A stretch of 58,096 nt of DNA, counting the filler, from Ionaspis alba (lineage: Eukaryota), in NCBI GenBank assembly GCA_964255285.1. It is 4 parts of 4 records of this genome, joined end to end, with 100 filler letters (N's around TTAATTAATTAA, not from the genome) between each part and the next. Parts side by side here need not be neighbours in the genome. Positions count along the whole stretch, not along the records: positions 1 to 14,497 come from CAXUUL010000418.1; positions 14,598 to 29,076 come from CAXUUL010000419.1; 2 more parts are not named here. One strand, given 5' to 3'. Every line of letters begins with the position of its first letter. The stretch's first letter is position 1. This document shows positions 10,837 to 25,386 of this stretch, piece after piece. The notes beneath the pieces are model-generated. The model was not told where the DNA came from. It saw only the letters and a list, made by a program, of their open reading frames with translations, and did not search any database. A program made the position numbers and the translations under genes.

Positions 10837-13800
10837 ATGCTCGGAGCATCTTTTCTGCCCGCCCGGTTTCGCAGCGCCGATACACAAACTGGGCCTTCGA
10901 AGCCCGGTTATTTCAACCAGCGTATCTCACCTTTGCTCCAGTCACTTTCCCGAAGATCTTGCACACATCCGATCCACACAATTGTCTTTGTGGCATTGTT
11001 AGCGAGCACATCATACATTGGGCTCCTAGAGGGTAGTCTATTTGATTCCGTCAGCTTCCCAAGGTCAGGAGGCGTGGACCTAGATTCTCTTGTTGATGGA
11101 GCAAGAAGTCTGAAGCTGGGGCAAGAAACAGGATGGAAGTGGCAGAGTGACACCTGCGACCTCGAGGAGATCGATTCTGTAAGGCAAGTCTGCTGGCATT
11201 GTTGGCTATGCTGACATCCAACAGTCTCTAGAACATCTAGCTCTATTGACTCTTGTCTTTCCCAATTCTCTTTCCAACAACTCGCCACAAAACGCTCCCA
11301 CAGCGGACGCAGTTACTATCCCCCGAAACACCTCCGCTCATGCTTTACCATCGACCTCGAATCCCTTCTCGCCGCTATCACAAGACTCGACACTAGCATT
11401 CTCCGTACCTTGGGAAAAGGCTGGTGCTTTGCTCGATGGACTGCAGGAGATACCTGAGTTCGCGGGTACGGCTGACGAGAAAGACGGTAGAAGATGGGTG
11501 ATGAAGGCTCTTAGGAATAAGGGCAACGGTTCTCAGAATCCTTTGCAAAGTTGGGTGCAGAATGCTTGGACAGAATTTGTCGACCTGCTCAAGGTACGTG
11601 TGATTGTCGTAGGATATTTGGGTTTACCTAACGGAAGCAGAATGCCGAGTCATTGGACATCATTATTATGGTCCTTGGTTACCTCTCGATGAATTTGACA
11701 TTTGTCTCGCTGTTCATGTCTATGAGACGAATGGGTTCGAACTTCTGGCTTGCCACCACGGTCCTCTTCTCATCCGCCTTTGCCTTTCTCTTCGGGCTGA
11801 TCGTCACAACGAAACTGGGCGTGCCAATAAACATGGTCCTTCTATCGGAAGGCTTGCCATTCCTCGTTGTCACCATCGGGTTTGAGAAACCAATAATACT
11901 CACAAAAGCGGTCTTGTCAGCGTCGTTGAACTCTCGTCGACAGGGAGTAGAGCAACCTAATGGACCGACTGATACTCCCACCGACAATCATCCCAAGACA
12001 ATCCAATTTGCTGTACAAGCTGCAGTCCGCGATAAGGGATTCGACATCGTTAGGGATTACGCCATCGAGATTGCAATCCTGATTGCTGGTGCCGCTTCCG
12101 GAGTACAAGGAGGGCTTCGACAATTCTGTTTCCTTGCAGCTTGGATTTTGTTCTTCGATTGCATCTTGCTTTTTACTTTCTATACATCGATCTTGAGTGT
12201 TAAGCTCGAGATCAACAGGATAAAACGCCACGTAGCTCTACGACGAGCATTGGAGGAAGATGGTGTCAGCAGGAGAGTAGCCGAGAATGTTGCCAACAGC
12301 AGTGACTGGCCAAAAGCCGACCACGATAGTGATGGTACCGACAAAGCTGGAACCAATGTGTTTGGAAAGAAAGTGCGGGATAGCAGCATTCCTAAGTTTA
12401 AGGTCTTTATGATGGGAGGTTTCATACTGATCAATCTGATCAACCTCGTAACTATCCCCTTCCGAGCTGGAAATAAGAACACAACACCAACAGTCTCTGG
12501 AATATCTGGCGTGCTGACCTCGCCTCCCATCGATCCTTTCAAGATTGCAGAGAAAGGACTTGAACAACTTTATGCCACAGCGAAGGAGACCCAACGGACA
12601 ACCATCGTTACCATTCTACCACCGATCAAATACGAATTGTCTTACCCAACATCTACACCATATACGGAAGATAGTGGCTCAATTTTCGACCTTGATTATT
12701 CAGACCAAATACTCGACGTTGTTGGGGTAAAAAGCGTCCTTAAGAGTCTCGAAGACCCGGTGCTGAGCAAATGGATCATCGTAGCCCTGACCATGAGTCT
12801 CGTCCTCAACGGCTACTTATTTAACGCCGCAAGGTGGAGTATCAAGGAGCCACGCATCTCTCTAGAATCATTCGTCGAACCACCTCAACCACTTCCGATT
12901 GTACCGCCACCAGAGCCAGTAGAGCCGAAGTTCGAACCGCCAGTTGAGAATGGCGTTCGAACAAAGGCAGACTGCGAACAGATGGTTCGGGAAGGACGGA
13001 CTGCTGAGCTCAATGACAAGGAAATCCTTGATCTGGCTGTGCGTGGCAAGATTCCGGGACATGCTCTGGAGAAGTCCTTGGAAAACCTCAAGGTGATGAC
13101 AAGACTTGCTTCGTTAACAAGAGCCGTCAAGATCAGACGTGGTTTGATATCGAGAAATCCCGCAACCGCTGCAACGTCTACTCTACTGGAGCGCTCACTT
13201 TTGCCGTTCGAAGACTACAATTACGAAAACGTCCACGGCTCCTGCTGTGAGAACGTCATTGGGTACCTACCACTTCCCGTGGGCGTAGCTGGTCCTTTGA
13301 TCATCGACGGACAGAACTTCTTCATTCCAATGGCTACTACTGAAGGTGTTCTTGTCGCCAGCACGAATCGAGGCTGCAAAGCTATCAATGCTGGGGGAGG
13401 AGCTACCACTGTGCTTACAGGCGATGGCATGACTCGCGGTCCCTGCGTTGGCTTCAGCACATTGGCTAGAGCAGGCGCTGCAAAGGTTTGGCTCGACTCT
13501 GACGAAGGCCAGAGGACCATGAAGAAAGCGTTCAACTCGACTAGTCGCTTTGCTCGATTGCAGTCGATGAAGACCGCAATGGCCGGGACATACCTCTACA
13601 TTCGTTTCAAGACCACGACCGGTGATGCCATGGGCATGAACATGATCTCCAAAGGTGTGGAATGTGCTCTCGGCGTGATGATGAATGAAAGCGGCTTTGA
13701 TGATATGGCTATCATCTCAGTATCGGGAAACTTCTGTACCGACAAAAAACCTGCCGCAATCAACTGGATCGACGGTAGAGGCAAGAGTGTGGTGGCTGAA

Positions 13801-14436
13801 GCCATAATCCCCAGCGAAGTTGTCCGGAAAACACTGAAGAGCGACGTCAACGCCCTTGTGGAGTTGAACACAGCCAAGAATCTGATTGGAAGTGCTATGG
13901 CAGGCAGTGTCGGAGGTTTCAACGCACACGCCTCCAATATTGTAGCAGCCATGTTCCTCGCCACCGGTCAAGATCCTGCGCAGGTTGTGGAAAGCAGTAA
14001 CTGCATCACGGTCATGAAGAAGTACGTCCCATTCCCTCCTAATATTCCTTGACACCACTGACAAATATCCAGCTATAATGGTGACCTTCAAATCAGCGTC
14101 TCAATGCCCTGTATCGAAGTCGGCACTATCGGCGGTGGCACAATTCTCGAACCCCAGCAAGCCATGCTCGATCTCCTTGGCGTTAAAGGAGCACATCCCA
14201 CCAACCCCGGTGACAATGCCCGGCAACTAGCTCGCATCATAGCCGCGAGTGTACTTGCAGGTGAACTCAGCCTTTGCAGTGCATTGGCTGCTGGACATCT
14301 TGTCAAAGCGCACATGGCTCACAATCGGAGTGCTGCTCCTACTAGGTCTTCCACACCGGTGAGTACGGCTTTGCAGGCGGGAGAGCATAAGACTTTGCCA
14401 CCCGAGGGGCTTTCGATAACGAATATACGAAGGTGA
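10837..14436 (+). CDS. HMG1: 3-hydroxy-3-methylglutaryl-CoA reductase
   Basis: Exons 10837-11178, 11225-11593, 11641-14021 and 14073-14436. HPIH domain, sterol-sensing domain, and catalytic [30 protein letters not shown] and GHLVKAHM motifs. Confidence 0.98.
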
Positions 14437-14497
14437 TGGTTTCTTGGAGCTGAGTTATACGTGGCTAGGGAAGAGTGTTTTTCGTTCTGGGATTTCA

Positions 14498-14597
14498 NNN
14501 NNNNNNNNNNNNNNNNNNNNNNNNNNNNNNNNNNNNNNNNNTTAATTAATTAANNNNNNNNNNNNNNNNNNNNNNNNNNNNNNNNNNNNNNNNNNNN
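14498..14597. other. Artificial scaffold linker (N44-TTAATTAATTAA-N44)
   Basis: Six-frame stop spacer at 14542-14553 flanked by Ns. Confidence 0.97.
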
Positions 14598-14770
14598 GAC
14601 AGAAAGATGTGCTTAGGAGTGTGATAGCTACGGGTATTGCTGTTGCTGGCGTAAAGAAGTGGGTTGCTGAAGGAGGTAAGCCGGGAGGAAAAGGCTTAAA
14701 GGTAGAGGTTGGGCGAACAGGTTACCATGACTGGTGGGTGGTGCCAAAGATCACAAGTACTCCTGGGTGA
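14598..14770 (+). CDS. 3' end of an unidentified gene (5' partial)
   Basis: Open frame from the scaffold start: QKDVLRSVIATGIAVAGVKKWVAEGG...YHDWWVVPKITSTPG*. Confidence 0.5.
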
Positions 14771-15035
14771 TATATTTAGATGGATCGGGCTTATTCTGTA
14801 TTGGAGCATAACGGTTGGTGAATGCATTAGACTACTCGGTATACATGAGCATAAGACCCCGTATAGTGTGTGTCTCGGCCAGAACTTCTCATTTTATCCT
14901 GTGCCTTGACTAATTCCTATAACCTCATACTGAACAAAATCTCCGCTCATTGCCACAAGTAAATGCTAGCACGAATCGAGAACTTTAGGTTGTAGATTCT
15001 GCCAAGCCTTCTGCCAATGAAAGTGGTTGGCTGCC

Positions 15036-15041
15036 CACGTG
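15036..15041. promoter_or_regulatory. CACGTG E-box, candidate Pho4/NUC-1/PalcA site
   Basis: CCCACGTGC about 290 bp upstream of a secreted phosphoesterase. A single 6-mer, so it may be chance. Confidence 0.3.
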
Positions 15042-15323
15042 CTGGAGGTTCCTGCATGCGTACTCAACCCCAGCTTCTCCATCGAGCAAACCCCTCCAGA
15101 GTACGGGGCCAATATGATTCGTAGATGCACACACGGTTAGGTACAGTTCTTTTTCTATGCCCACTGTGGCTTTCGTGATGCAATTCCACAGCTCTGAGAT
15201 GACGGGACACGGCTTGTGTGGATCGCTCTGTTGTGTATATGTACCTATTCATGTCCTTGTTCTGCGCTTTGAGCTACTCGTTGTAATTCATCGCAACTTC
15301 CACAAAAGCATTGCTTCCTCGCT

Positions 15324-16825
15324 ATGTATTTCCAAGCCTCTTCCCTTTGCGCAGTTGCCCTTGCGGTGACACTTGTCACAGGTAACAGCATTCCCAAGAA
15401 GAGCTATAAGCATGTGCTTGCGATCAGTGTAGATGGATTTCATGGCAGCGATGTGGAGAAATACATCAAACTCAGACCGAAGTCGGCGATTGCAGAACTC
15501 GTTGAGGATGGCTACGAATACACGAATGCATATACAACAGGACCTTCGGACTCCTTTCCAGGAACATTAGCGCAATTCACTGGAGCTGGTCCAAGGACGA
15601 CTGGCGTCTGGTATGATGATGCTTATGATCGTACTTTCTACCCGCCCAGCAGTGGGTGCAAGGGTCCAGCAGGTGCTGAAGGTGAGTTTCCATCGAGCTC
15701 AACCGGCCAAGAATCAATGCTCATCCGCATCTAGTTGTTTACGCGGAAAATATCGACTTCAACGACACAGCACTGTTTTCGGACGGCATCGATCCTACGA
15801 AACTACCTCAGAAGCTCATCGGTGGCGTCTGCACAAACGTCTATCCCCACTCTCGCCTTCGAGTAAACACCATCTTCGAGATCGCCCACGCGGCTGGCAA
15901 AACTACTGCCTACACCGACAAGCACCCTGCGTATGACTTGGTCCGAGGTCCTAGCGGCAGTGGTCTTTCTCTCGGCTACTTTCCCGAAATCAACGGTGTT
16001 CCCAACGAAGTCAACACGACAATCGAATACGACAAACTGCATGTAGCCGCATTCCTCGACTTCATCAAAGGCATCGATCCGGCCAAATCAGAAGGCACAC
16101 TGGCAGGGAAAACACCCACTCTCTTCGGTGGCAACTTCCAATGCATCAACGTGGCCCAGAAAAAGGCTGGATACGAGCCCACAGCCGGAAATCCCTTCAC
16201 GCCGACTCTACTCGCTGCCTTCGATTTCGTCGACCAATCCCTCGCTAAGATAGTCGCAGCTCTCAAAGCCAAGAGAATTCAACATGAAACTCTCATAATT
16301 GTCGCATCCAAACACGGTCAAGCACCCATCGATCCCCTCAAAGTCGTCAAGATCGACCCCGATGCCGTGACCAACGCCACGGGCGTTAAAGTCCTTCAAC
16401 AAACCTCAGACACCCTCGCTCTGCTCTGGCTAGCCGACCAGACCACAACTGCCAAAGCCGTTGCCGGTCTCACAGCCAAGAAATCCGCGCTCAAGATCGT
16501 AGATATCATCTATGGCGCTCGTCTCATTGCCGAGGGATACGGTGATCCTTTGAAAGATCCTGCAGTGCCTGATATTATTGTGCAGCCGGTAGAGGGCGTG
16601 ATTTACACGACGAGCAACAAGAAGAATGCGGAACATGGAGGTTTGAGTGAGGACGATAGACATGTGGCTTGTTTTGTGAGCAATCCGGGATTGAAGCAGA
16701 AGAAGTTTGAGGGAAGGATTAGTACGAAGCAGGTTGCGCCGACCATATTGAAGGTGCTGGGCTTGGATGTGAATGCTTTGCAGGGGGCGAAGGCGGAAGG
16801 CACGAAGGTACTGGACGGGTTCTGA
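15324..16825 (+). CDS. Secreted type I phosphodiesterase/nucleotide pyrophosphatase-like protein (alkaline phosphatase superfamily)
   Basis: Signal peptide; exons 15324-15681 and 15735-16825. Motifs HVLAISVDG, PSDSFPG, IIVASKHG and AEHGG. Confidence 0.9.
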
Positions 16826-17551
16826 GAGAGGAGAGAAGCAACGGTTCATTGAGAGTATGTTGTAGAAGCCCAAGATGTATAAAGCACATCTTTTGATCAT
16901 ACTTTGTAACGCTTGCTTTGCAAAAGATGTAGAACGTGATCATGATCTCGCCTTCTCCTACCAGTACTCGCCCATTTATCATTGGTACGGGCTGGACACA
17001 CCCATTAGAACGATCATGCCCACAGAGTCGAGTCTTTTCTACATTTGCGAACGTAAGGTAAGGATTTCAGATTCGAGTTCCACAAGACAGCTGTCTGTAT
17101 GCGCACGAATGGATTTACATGCCTTAAGATACGGCACCCTGCAGACGGTCGTTGGACCTTATCTCAACCTCAAGCATTTCTCGAACCAACAGTGGCGTTG
17201 AAAGGAATAGAACTGCTTGAAATCAAATGATGCAGAGTTACTAGAAAGTGGCACTTCACTAACAAAAATTTCGAGTGCACCATTGTCCGTCTTCAGCAGA
17301 ATATAGATTATCGCATCGACCATTATTCACTTGGGAAGAAATCAGGTCTGAATCACGAACGTTGCCAAAAGCACCGGACTTTCGCATTCTGATGAAGAGA
17401 TCGCTTGCTCTGGTATCTTCAAATCATAACCCAACATCAAGACACGCGCCCTTCATGGATACCCTCGACGAGCGCAAATTAGATACGAAGGGATATCCCC
17501 ACTTGTTTCGACACCACATTCCCACATTCAGCCAGCTCGATCGCATACCCC

Positions 17552-18152
17552 CTAGACACCAGAATGAACCTCCATATTAGGCGCCGGCTTCGAGCTATTC
17601 GTATTCCTCGTCTTCCACACATGCAGCGCGGCCAGGACCGTCGTCGCCATAAACAACAACCTAGCAAACCCCAGCAAGTCAGCCAGCTATCCACGAAAAT
17701 TCTGCTGGGAGCGCAAAAAAAAAAAAACATACCACTCAAAAGCCCCAAACACAGCCGCCGCCTGCGCACTCCTGCAAACGCTACCGTAGCACAAACTCAG
17801 GACGCCGATGAAGACGGCGACGGCGATGAAGCCCGCGAACCAGAACAGCATGGTCACGGCATCGAGGGCGAGGATGGCGAATTTGTGGGCGAAGCGTGGG
17901 AAGTAGGTGGGTGCGAGGGCGAGGTAAAGGGTTACGAGCAGTGTCCAGAGGGAGGTGAAGATGAGGAAGTTGATTTGGGAGGGGGAGTAGTAGTAGGTTT
18001 GGGCATTGTACCAGTTGGCGACTATGAAGAGCGTTAGGCTGGCGGTGCGGAATGGGGAGGGAGAGGGGAGAGGTACCGTAGGCGGAGAGGCCGAGGACGA
18101 TGATTGCGAAGAGGAGTTGGAGGCCGCGGAGGAGGAGCATGTAGTTGAACAT
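17552..18152 (-). CDS. MARVEL-domain membrane protein
   Basis: Three exons: LRGLQLLFAIIVLGLSAY / SPSQINFLIFTSLW...LDAVTMLFWFAGFIAVA...C...C..AQAAAVFGAFEW / LLFMAT..; four hydrophobic segments; stop at 17552-17554. Confidence 0.9.
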
Positions 18153-19166
18153 GTTGGCGGTTGTGGTGATGGTGGGGATGGGGTGGAGATGGAGGGTTCG
18201 GGATCAGGCTGAGGGATGTTTTGTTGATTTGGAAGACAGTGATAGGTGCCAGCCGCAGAAGATGATGAATCGATTGGAAGATTGAAGCTGAAGTGAAGGA
18301 CTATTCGATGACCGTTTTACGACAAACAGAACGGGCGGCGACAAGAATTATGTATGAGCGCAATAGGTCGCAAAGCACGGTCACGTTGGCTGCGCGGCGC
18401 GCAATTTCCTGGCATTTTCAATACCACCACCCTCGCTATTGGTTCCCATATATGACGTATGTGTCTGCACCCTTTCGACCAAGCAGAGCGTGAGTTGGCA
18501 GCATGCGATCCCTGTTTGACAGCTCGAATAGGCAAAGCCAAGGGCCAAGAAACATGAAAGCGGTCAGAAGTCTTGACTTCCTTTCGCTGACGATTGGTAT
18601 CACGAGAACTGTTTCGAATGGGGATTCGTTTGAGTTGCAAGGTTCAATTCTCTTGACGACATTTGCCGACTTTCGATGTTGTCTCTATGATTCACTGGTT
18701 TTGGAATCTACAGTTCAGCTCAATACCAGGGCTGTTGATATGTTTCAAGTGACGCGTTTCGTGATACTCCTACTGGCGCGTCGTCACTGGTTGTAGTGGG
18801 ACGTATGTATCTCTCTCTCTATTTGTGTCTTTCAGCTTCTATATTCTACGAAGGTGATGAAGATTATCCATCTCTATTACTGTCCTTCAGCCGTGCTACA
18901 GCCACTCCGCCCCGTTATCGGATGATTATCTGTAACGGCTTTCCAAGTGCTGAGCTGTTCAACTATTTTAGATGTCTCCCATGGATGGGAAAAGTCATCC
19001 TATTTCGTACTCTTTACAAAACTGTGGTTATCAGACTAAAGATATCATGTTGGAGGACCGAATCAAAGTTCTTCATGCAACATGTTTTCTTTTATCAGAA
19101 GAAAGCCATCTCACTCTGCGCAACCTCGAGGTCTTCTAAGCCCAGCCCAATCCTACACGCCACGAG

Positions 19167-19176
19167 ATGACACCAT
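19167..19176 (+). promoter_or_regulatory. Candidate CYS-3/MetR binding site
   Basis: ATGACACCAT matches the Neurospora CYS-3 consensus ATGRYRYCAT, about 230 bp upstream of the cysD/MET17 ATG. Confidence 0.5.
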
Positions 19177-19405
19177 ACGCACTAAGCATGTCGCCAATTT
19201 TGGAGGTTTGCGGGGCAGCGCAAACAATTGAGGCAACCCCACACCACAATGCCCATCGGAGAATTTGTCTGTTGCATGCGTTGTGTACGTTGATTTAAAG
19301 ATCCCCCCTGCGCAGCTTTCAAGACCATACAGATTCTCCAAGATTTCAGATTTCAGATTCAACAGCATTTTCAGATTACAGATTCAAAAGCTATCATAGA
19401 CCAAA

Positions 19406-21147
<1,742 letters not shown>

Positions 21148-21842
21148 ATCGGTGCTATACCGTAACTTGTGGAATAGAAGAAGATTGTCTGATGGTGATA
21201 CAGGACCTCGTTTGTAGATGACTTCAGATTGCGTGACAGGCTGCCCATGGCTGAAGTCAGGCTTACTTGTCTGCCAGATCTCCTGTATGATCGCGTTCTT
21301 TATCGCAGGGACCAAAGCTTGAAGCATTGGCGCTACGTGATCGGAGCACGATCGTAGACGTGTACAATCATCATATGGTGCCGGTTCAGCTGTCGTCCAT
21401 GTGGAAATTGTTGGGCATCAAAGTTGTAACAATCCTTCTGTAGAGGTGGTAGCATCTCGAAACCCCGGATACACCCAAGCGATTGCCCTTAGAATCTGTT
21501 CCGACCCTTCTGTAGGTTGTATTGGCCAAGTAGCTTACTCTGTGAAGGAGCCGGATCAGATCCAAAGCATGACCCGACGTAGTACTTTGACGGCTTGTCA
21601 AAGGCGGAACTGTCACATGCCTAGTAACTCCGATCAGACCCCGAGCGCTCAAGCAAGCTTCGAGTGCCCCGAGGGATCCCTCCCCTTGTAGCCATTCGCG
21701 CAATTCGATTAAATAGCGGGAGCTTCAGCAAGGTCCAGCCCGGACCCCACAATTTGAGCCGCTGTGGCTGCCCCCACAGTGCATCTCGCGAACAGGCTTT
21801 GGGCTGCTCTTACTCGCGGGCTTCTACCGAATAAGGTGCAGC

Positions 21843-22102
21843 CCTCGGCCATGCCGACGCAAGTTCGATGTTGCTTTACATGTCAATCACGTGTAGCATG
21901 AGGAACCTGGAGTGTCGTACAAAAGCTTTTGGATAACTATGGCTTTGTCTTGTTCTTCGTCTTCTGCTCCTGCTGCCTGTTCTCTTGGTTTTTCCCAACA
22001 AGAGGAGTTTTGTTGAAAGGAAGAGCACGAGGATCGAAATCCGACGTCGGAATGCGACTCTAGATTAAGACGTCACCGTGCGCTTTAGATCGCGAGCCGA
22101 GG
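21843..22102. promoter_or_regulatory. Two candidate FarA/FarB (CCTCGG) elements
   Basis: CCTCGG at 21843-21848 and CCGAGG at 22097-22102, upstream of the acyl-CoA synthetase. Confidence 0.4.
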
Positions 22103-22428
22103 TACGGTTTTTCTCGAGTCCTGCCCGAGTCGAGGGAGGCCCTGCTTGCTACTTTGTTTGAAAACGAGGTTTGCTGGCGGGTTTTCTCCGATCTCTTACT
22201 CTGTGCTATACACGGAATCTACTTCATTTTTACGCTTTTCTTTCTTTCAACTTCATATAAAAGACAGTTAGGGATTTGCAAGGGTGCATATTCACAGCCG
22301 AAGTCGGTCTACCCCCTTTTGCCTGTGAAGTTCATGTGAATGCTAATAGTACAATACAGGTAATTTCTGTGCAATAATCGGTCACTGTACGATACAGGAC
22401 TCTCGATCCGCACAACAAACTGCCCACG

Positions 22429-24786
22429 ATGGCGTATCTTGAACGGGCGAAGGCGAATATGGTCCGGCCTCCAGCTGGTCAACCCTACTCTGTCGCTCTG
22501 CCTGGGTCGGAGAAAGAAGGCCGGAGTGCTGTCTATAGGCATTGGAGGTTCACAAAAGAGCTACCTACGAGTCTCGATCCTCATGTATGATTATATGGCT
22601 CGATAGGGTGCACAGCAAGGAGCAGGAAGCTTATAATTGTGTATAAAGGTTCTCACGGCGCATGAGATGTTCGAACAGTCAGGTAATGCCTTGGTGACTC
22701 GTGGGATATCGTGGCTTTGCTGAAAGAACATCAGCAAGCTTGAACTCAATGCGAAATTGCCTTGGGTACCGACCATACGACTCTGTCACGAAGACGTTTG
22801 GACCCTACCAGTGGCTGGATTATGGAACAGTTCAACGCAGACGATCATACTATGGTGCTGGAATTGCGGAGCTGCATAAGAGGATTGGCGTTACAGAGGA
22901 GAAATATGGCGTTGGTCTATGGTGTCAAAACCGAGTGGAATGGCAATTGACAGGTGAGTGCTGCAATATTCTTTCTGGATGCTTATGAATACTAAATGGT
23001 GTGGCAGATCTGGCTTGCATGTCGCAATCACTATTCACGGTCTCTCTATACGATACCCTGGGTCCTACAGCAATCGAATACATAGTCAATCATGCATCTC
23101 TCGTTTGTATTGCCACTTCTCTACCTCATATCCCCGCCCTTCTAAAGCTCAAACCGCGGCTGCCCAGCCTTAAGATCATCATCTCGTTAGATCCCTTGGA
23201 TGCAGGAGAACAAACGGGACATTCGAAGTTGGATATCCTGACAGCTCTCGCCTCTGATGTTGGAGTGCAGGTCACCTCAATGGCTCAGGTCGAAGCCCTT
23301 GGCGAATCGCTGGGTCCGGTTCAGCATCGTCCTCCTGTGCCTTCCGACATCATTACTCTCAACTATACCTCTGGAACCACTGGTCCACCAAAGGCTGTCA
23401 TTCTTACGCATCGCGCAGCCGTAGCAGCGGCGACCTGCAATCTATCTACCGCCTTCACCACGAACAAAGATGTTGCAATTTCTTACTTGCCTCTCGCGCA
23501 CATCTACGCTCGGATGATGGAGCACGGAGCTCTGTGGGCCGGCGCTGCCATTGGCTATTTCCACGGCGACATCCTGAGTCTGGTAGACGATCTCAAAGTT
23601 CTTCGGCCTACTCAATTCCCCTCCGTTCCTCGCCTCTTTAACCGCTTCGGCGGTGCTATACGTGCAGCCACCACATCTCAGCCTGGCTTCACAGGCACCC
23701 TTTCTAGGCACGTCGTTTCCACCAAGCTAGCTCATCTTAAAAATCCCGATTCCCCCAGCGCAACCAACAAACACGCCTTCTACGACCGCGTCTGGGGCCG
23801 TAAGGTGGCTTCGGCGTTGGGACTCGAACGCACCAAAACTATGGTTTCCGGATCTGCACCACTAGATCCCAGTCTCCAGCAGTTCCTCCGCGTTGTCCTT
23901 GGCAACTTTTTCCTCCAAGGCTATGGCCTCACTGAAACCTACGCAGTGGGTCTGGCACAGCTGGACGGTGATCTCTCTGTCGGCAACTGCGGTGCTGTCG
24001 CCCCTTGCGATGAGATATGCCTCGCAAGCGTCCCCGACATGGAGTACTACGCCACCGACAAGCCCTTCCCACGGGGTGAACTGCTCATACGAGGTAATAC
24101 ACTCTTCAGTGGCTATTTCCGAGACGAGGAAGAAACCGCCAAGGTTATACTGCCAGACGGCTGGTTCCGTACTGGCGATATCTGCACTATCGACGAGAGA
24201 GGCCGCTTCAGGATTATTGATCGCAGGAAAAACGTCCTCAAGCTTGCACAAGGCGAATACATCTCTCCCGAACGGATCGAGAACGTCTACCTCTCGCATA
24301 TGAACTACCTCAGCCAAGCTTACGTGCACGGTGACTCCATGCAGACGTTCCTCGTGGCTATCTTCGGTGTGCTGCCCGAGACATTTGCTCCTTTCGCTAG
24401 CAATGTTCTGGGCAGAAAAATTGAAATGACGGACTTGGAAGCCATCAAGGCGGCTTGTAAAGACGACAAGATCAGGAAAGCCATTCTCAAGGAGCTTGAT
24501 CGTGTGGGGAAGAAGAACAAATTCGCCGGCTACGAAAAAGTCAAGAACTGCTACCTATACCTCGACCCCTTCACAATCGAAAACGAGCTTCTAACACCTA
24601 CGTACGTCCTCTCCTTCGTGTTTCCCTTTCAGTATGTTTTCATCATTGATCTTCGATCTAACAATTCCGCCTCACAGACTCAAGCTCAAACGTCCCCAAG
24701 CGGCCAAGAAATTCCGAACCGATCTCGATCAGCTCTACGCCGAAGCGCTGGCCGAGGAGGAGCGGAGCCCGAAGGCTAGGTTGTAG
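22429..24786 (+). CDS. Long-chain fatty acyl-CoA synthetase, peroxisomal (FAA2-like)
   Basis: Five exons. AMP-binding YTSGTTGPPK, QGYGLTET, DGWFRTGD and IIDRRKNVLKLAQGEYISPE motifs. The spliced C-terminus ends ...SPKARL* (PTS1). Confidence 0.95.
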
Positions 24787-25286
24787 ATAAGTAGTGCGGG
24801 TCAGTGTGACTGACGGATGTATATAGGGACCTGCATTGCTGCAAGGACGGTCACTCCTGTGCAGAAGGGCGGTCCACATATGAGAAACATTTCTGTTTCC
24901 CGCCTCGACATATTATATTTGCCTGTTGTTGGGGGAGATGTATTGGACGAGGATTGCCGAAGGTGCTCTTGGAAGATGTTGGCCTGGGAGATGGGATCGG
25001 ATATGTTGGAGCTTTTGATGGCAATCCGATAGACTGTTACATGCTTCAGCATAGGCAAGCGATTTGGTCCAACTTTCCCCATGACCCGATAGTTGTCAAT
25101 GCCAATGATAGCTTCTTGTAGTGATGGGAAATAAATAACGTTTATATATTCAATTTCCATGGTGATTCGTCCCGATGCGGAGCACGGAACTTAGACAGTA
25201 TTTGGTGCAGAATGACGGCAACGTTAAGAGTGACTCAAATTAAGGGTGGCGTGGCTAATTTTGCCTATCATTTACTGAGGGCTGGC

Positions 25287-25386
25287 NNNNNNNNNNNNNN
25301 NNNNNNNNNNNNNNNNNNNNNNNNNNNNNNNNNNNNNNNNNNNNNNNNNNNNNNNNNNNNNNNNNNNNNNNNNNNNNNNNNNNNNN
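25287..25386. other. Assembly gap flanked by an identical 55-bp duplication
   Basis: 25232-25286 is identical to 25387-25441. Confidence 0.95.

Noticed and set aside
14542..14553. TTAATTAATTAA palindromic motif recurring three times
   Set aside because: Synthetic six-frame stop linker embedded in Ns.
17715..17727. Poly-A run
   Set aside because: It is a poly-T tract within the second intron of the minus-strand MARVEL gene, not a retroposon tail.
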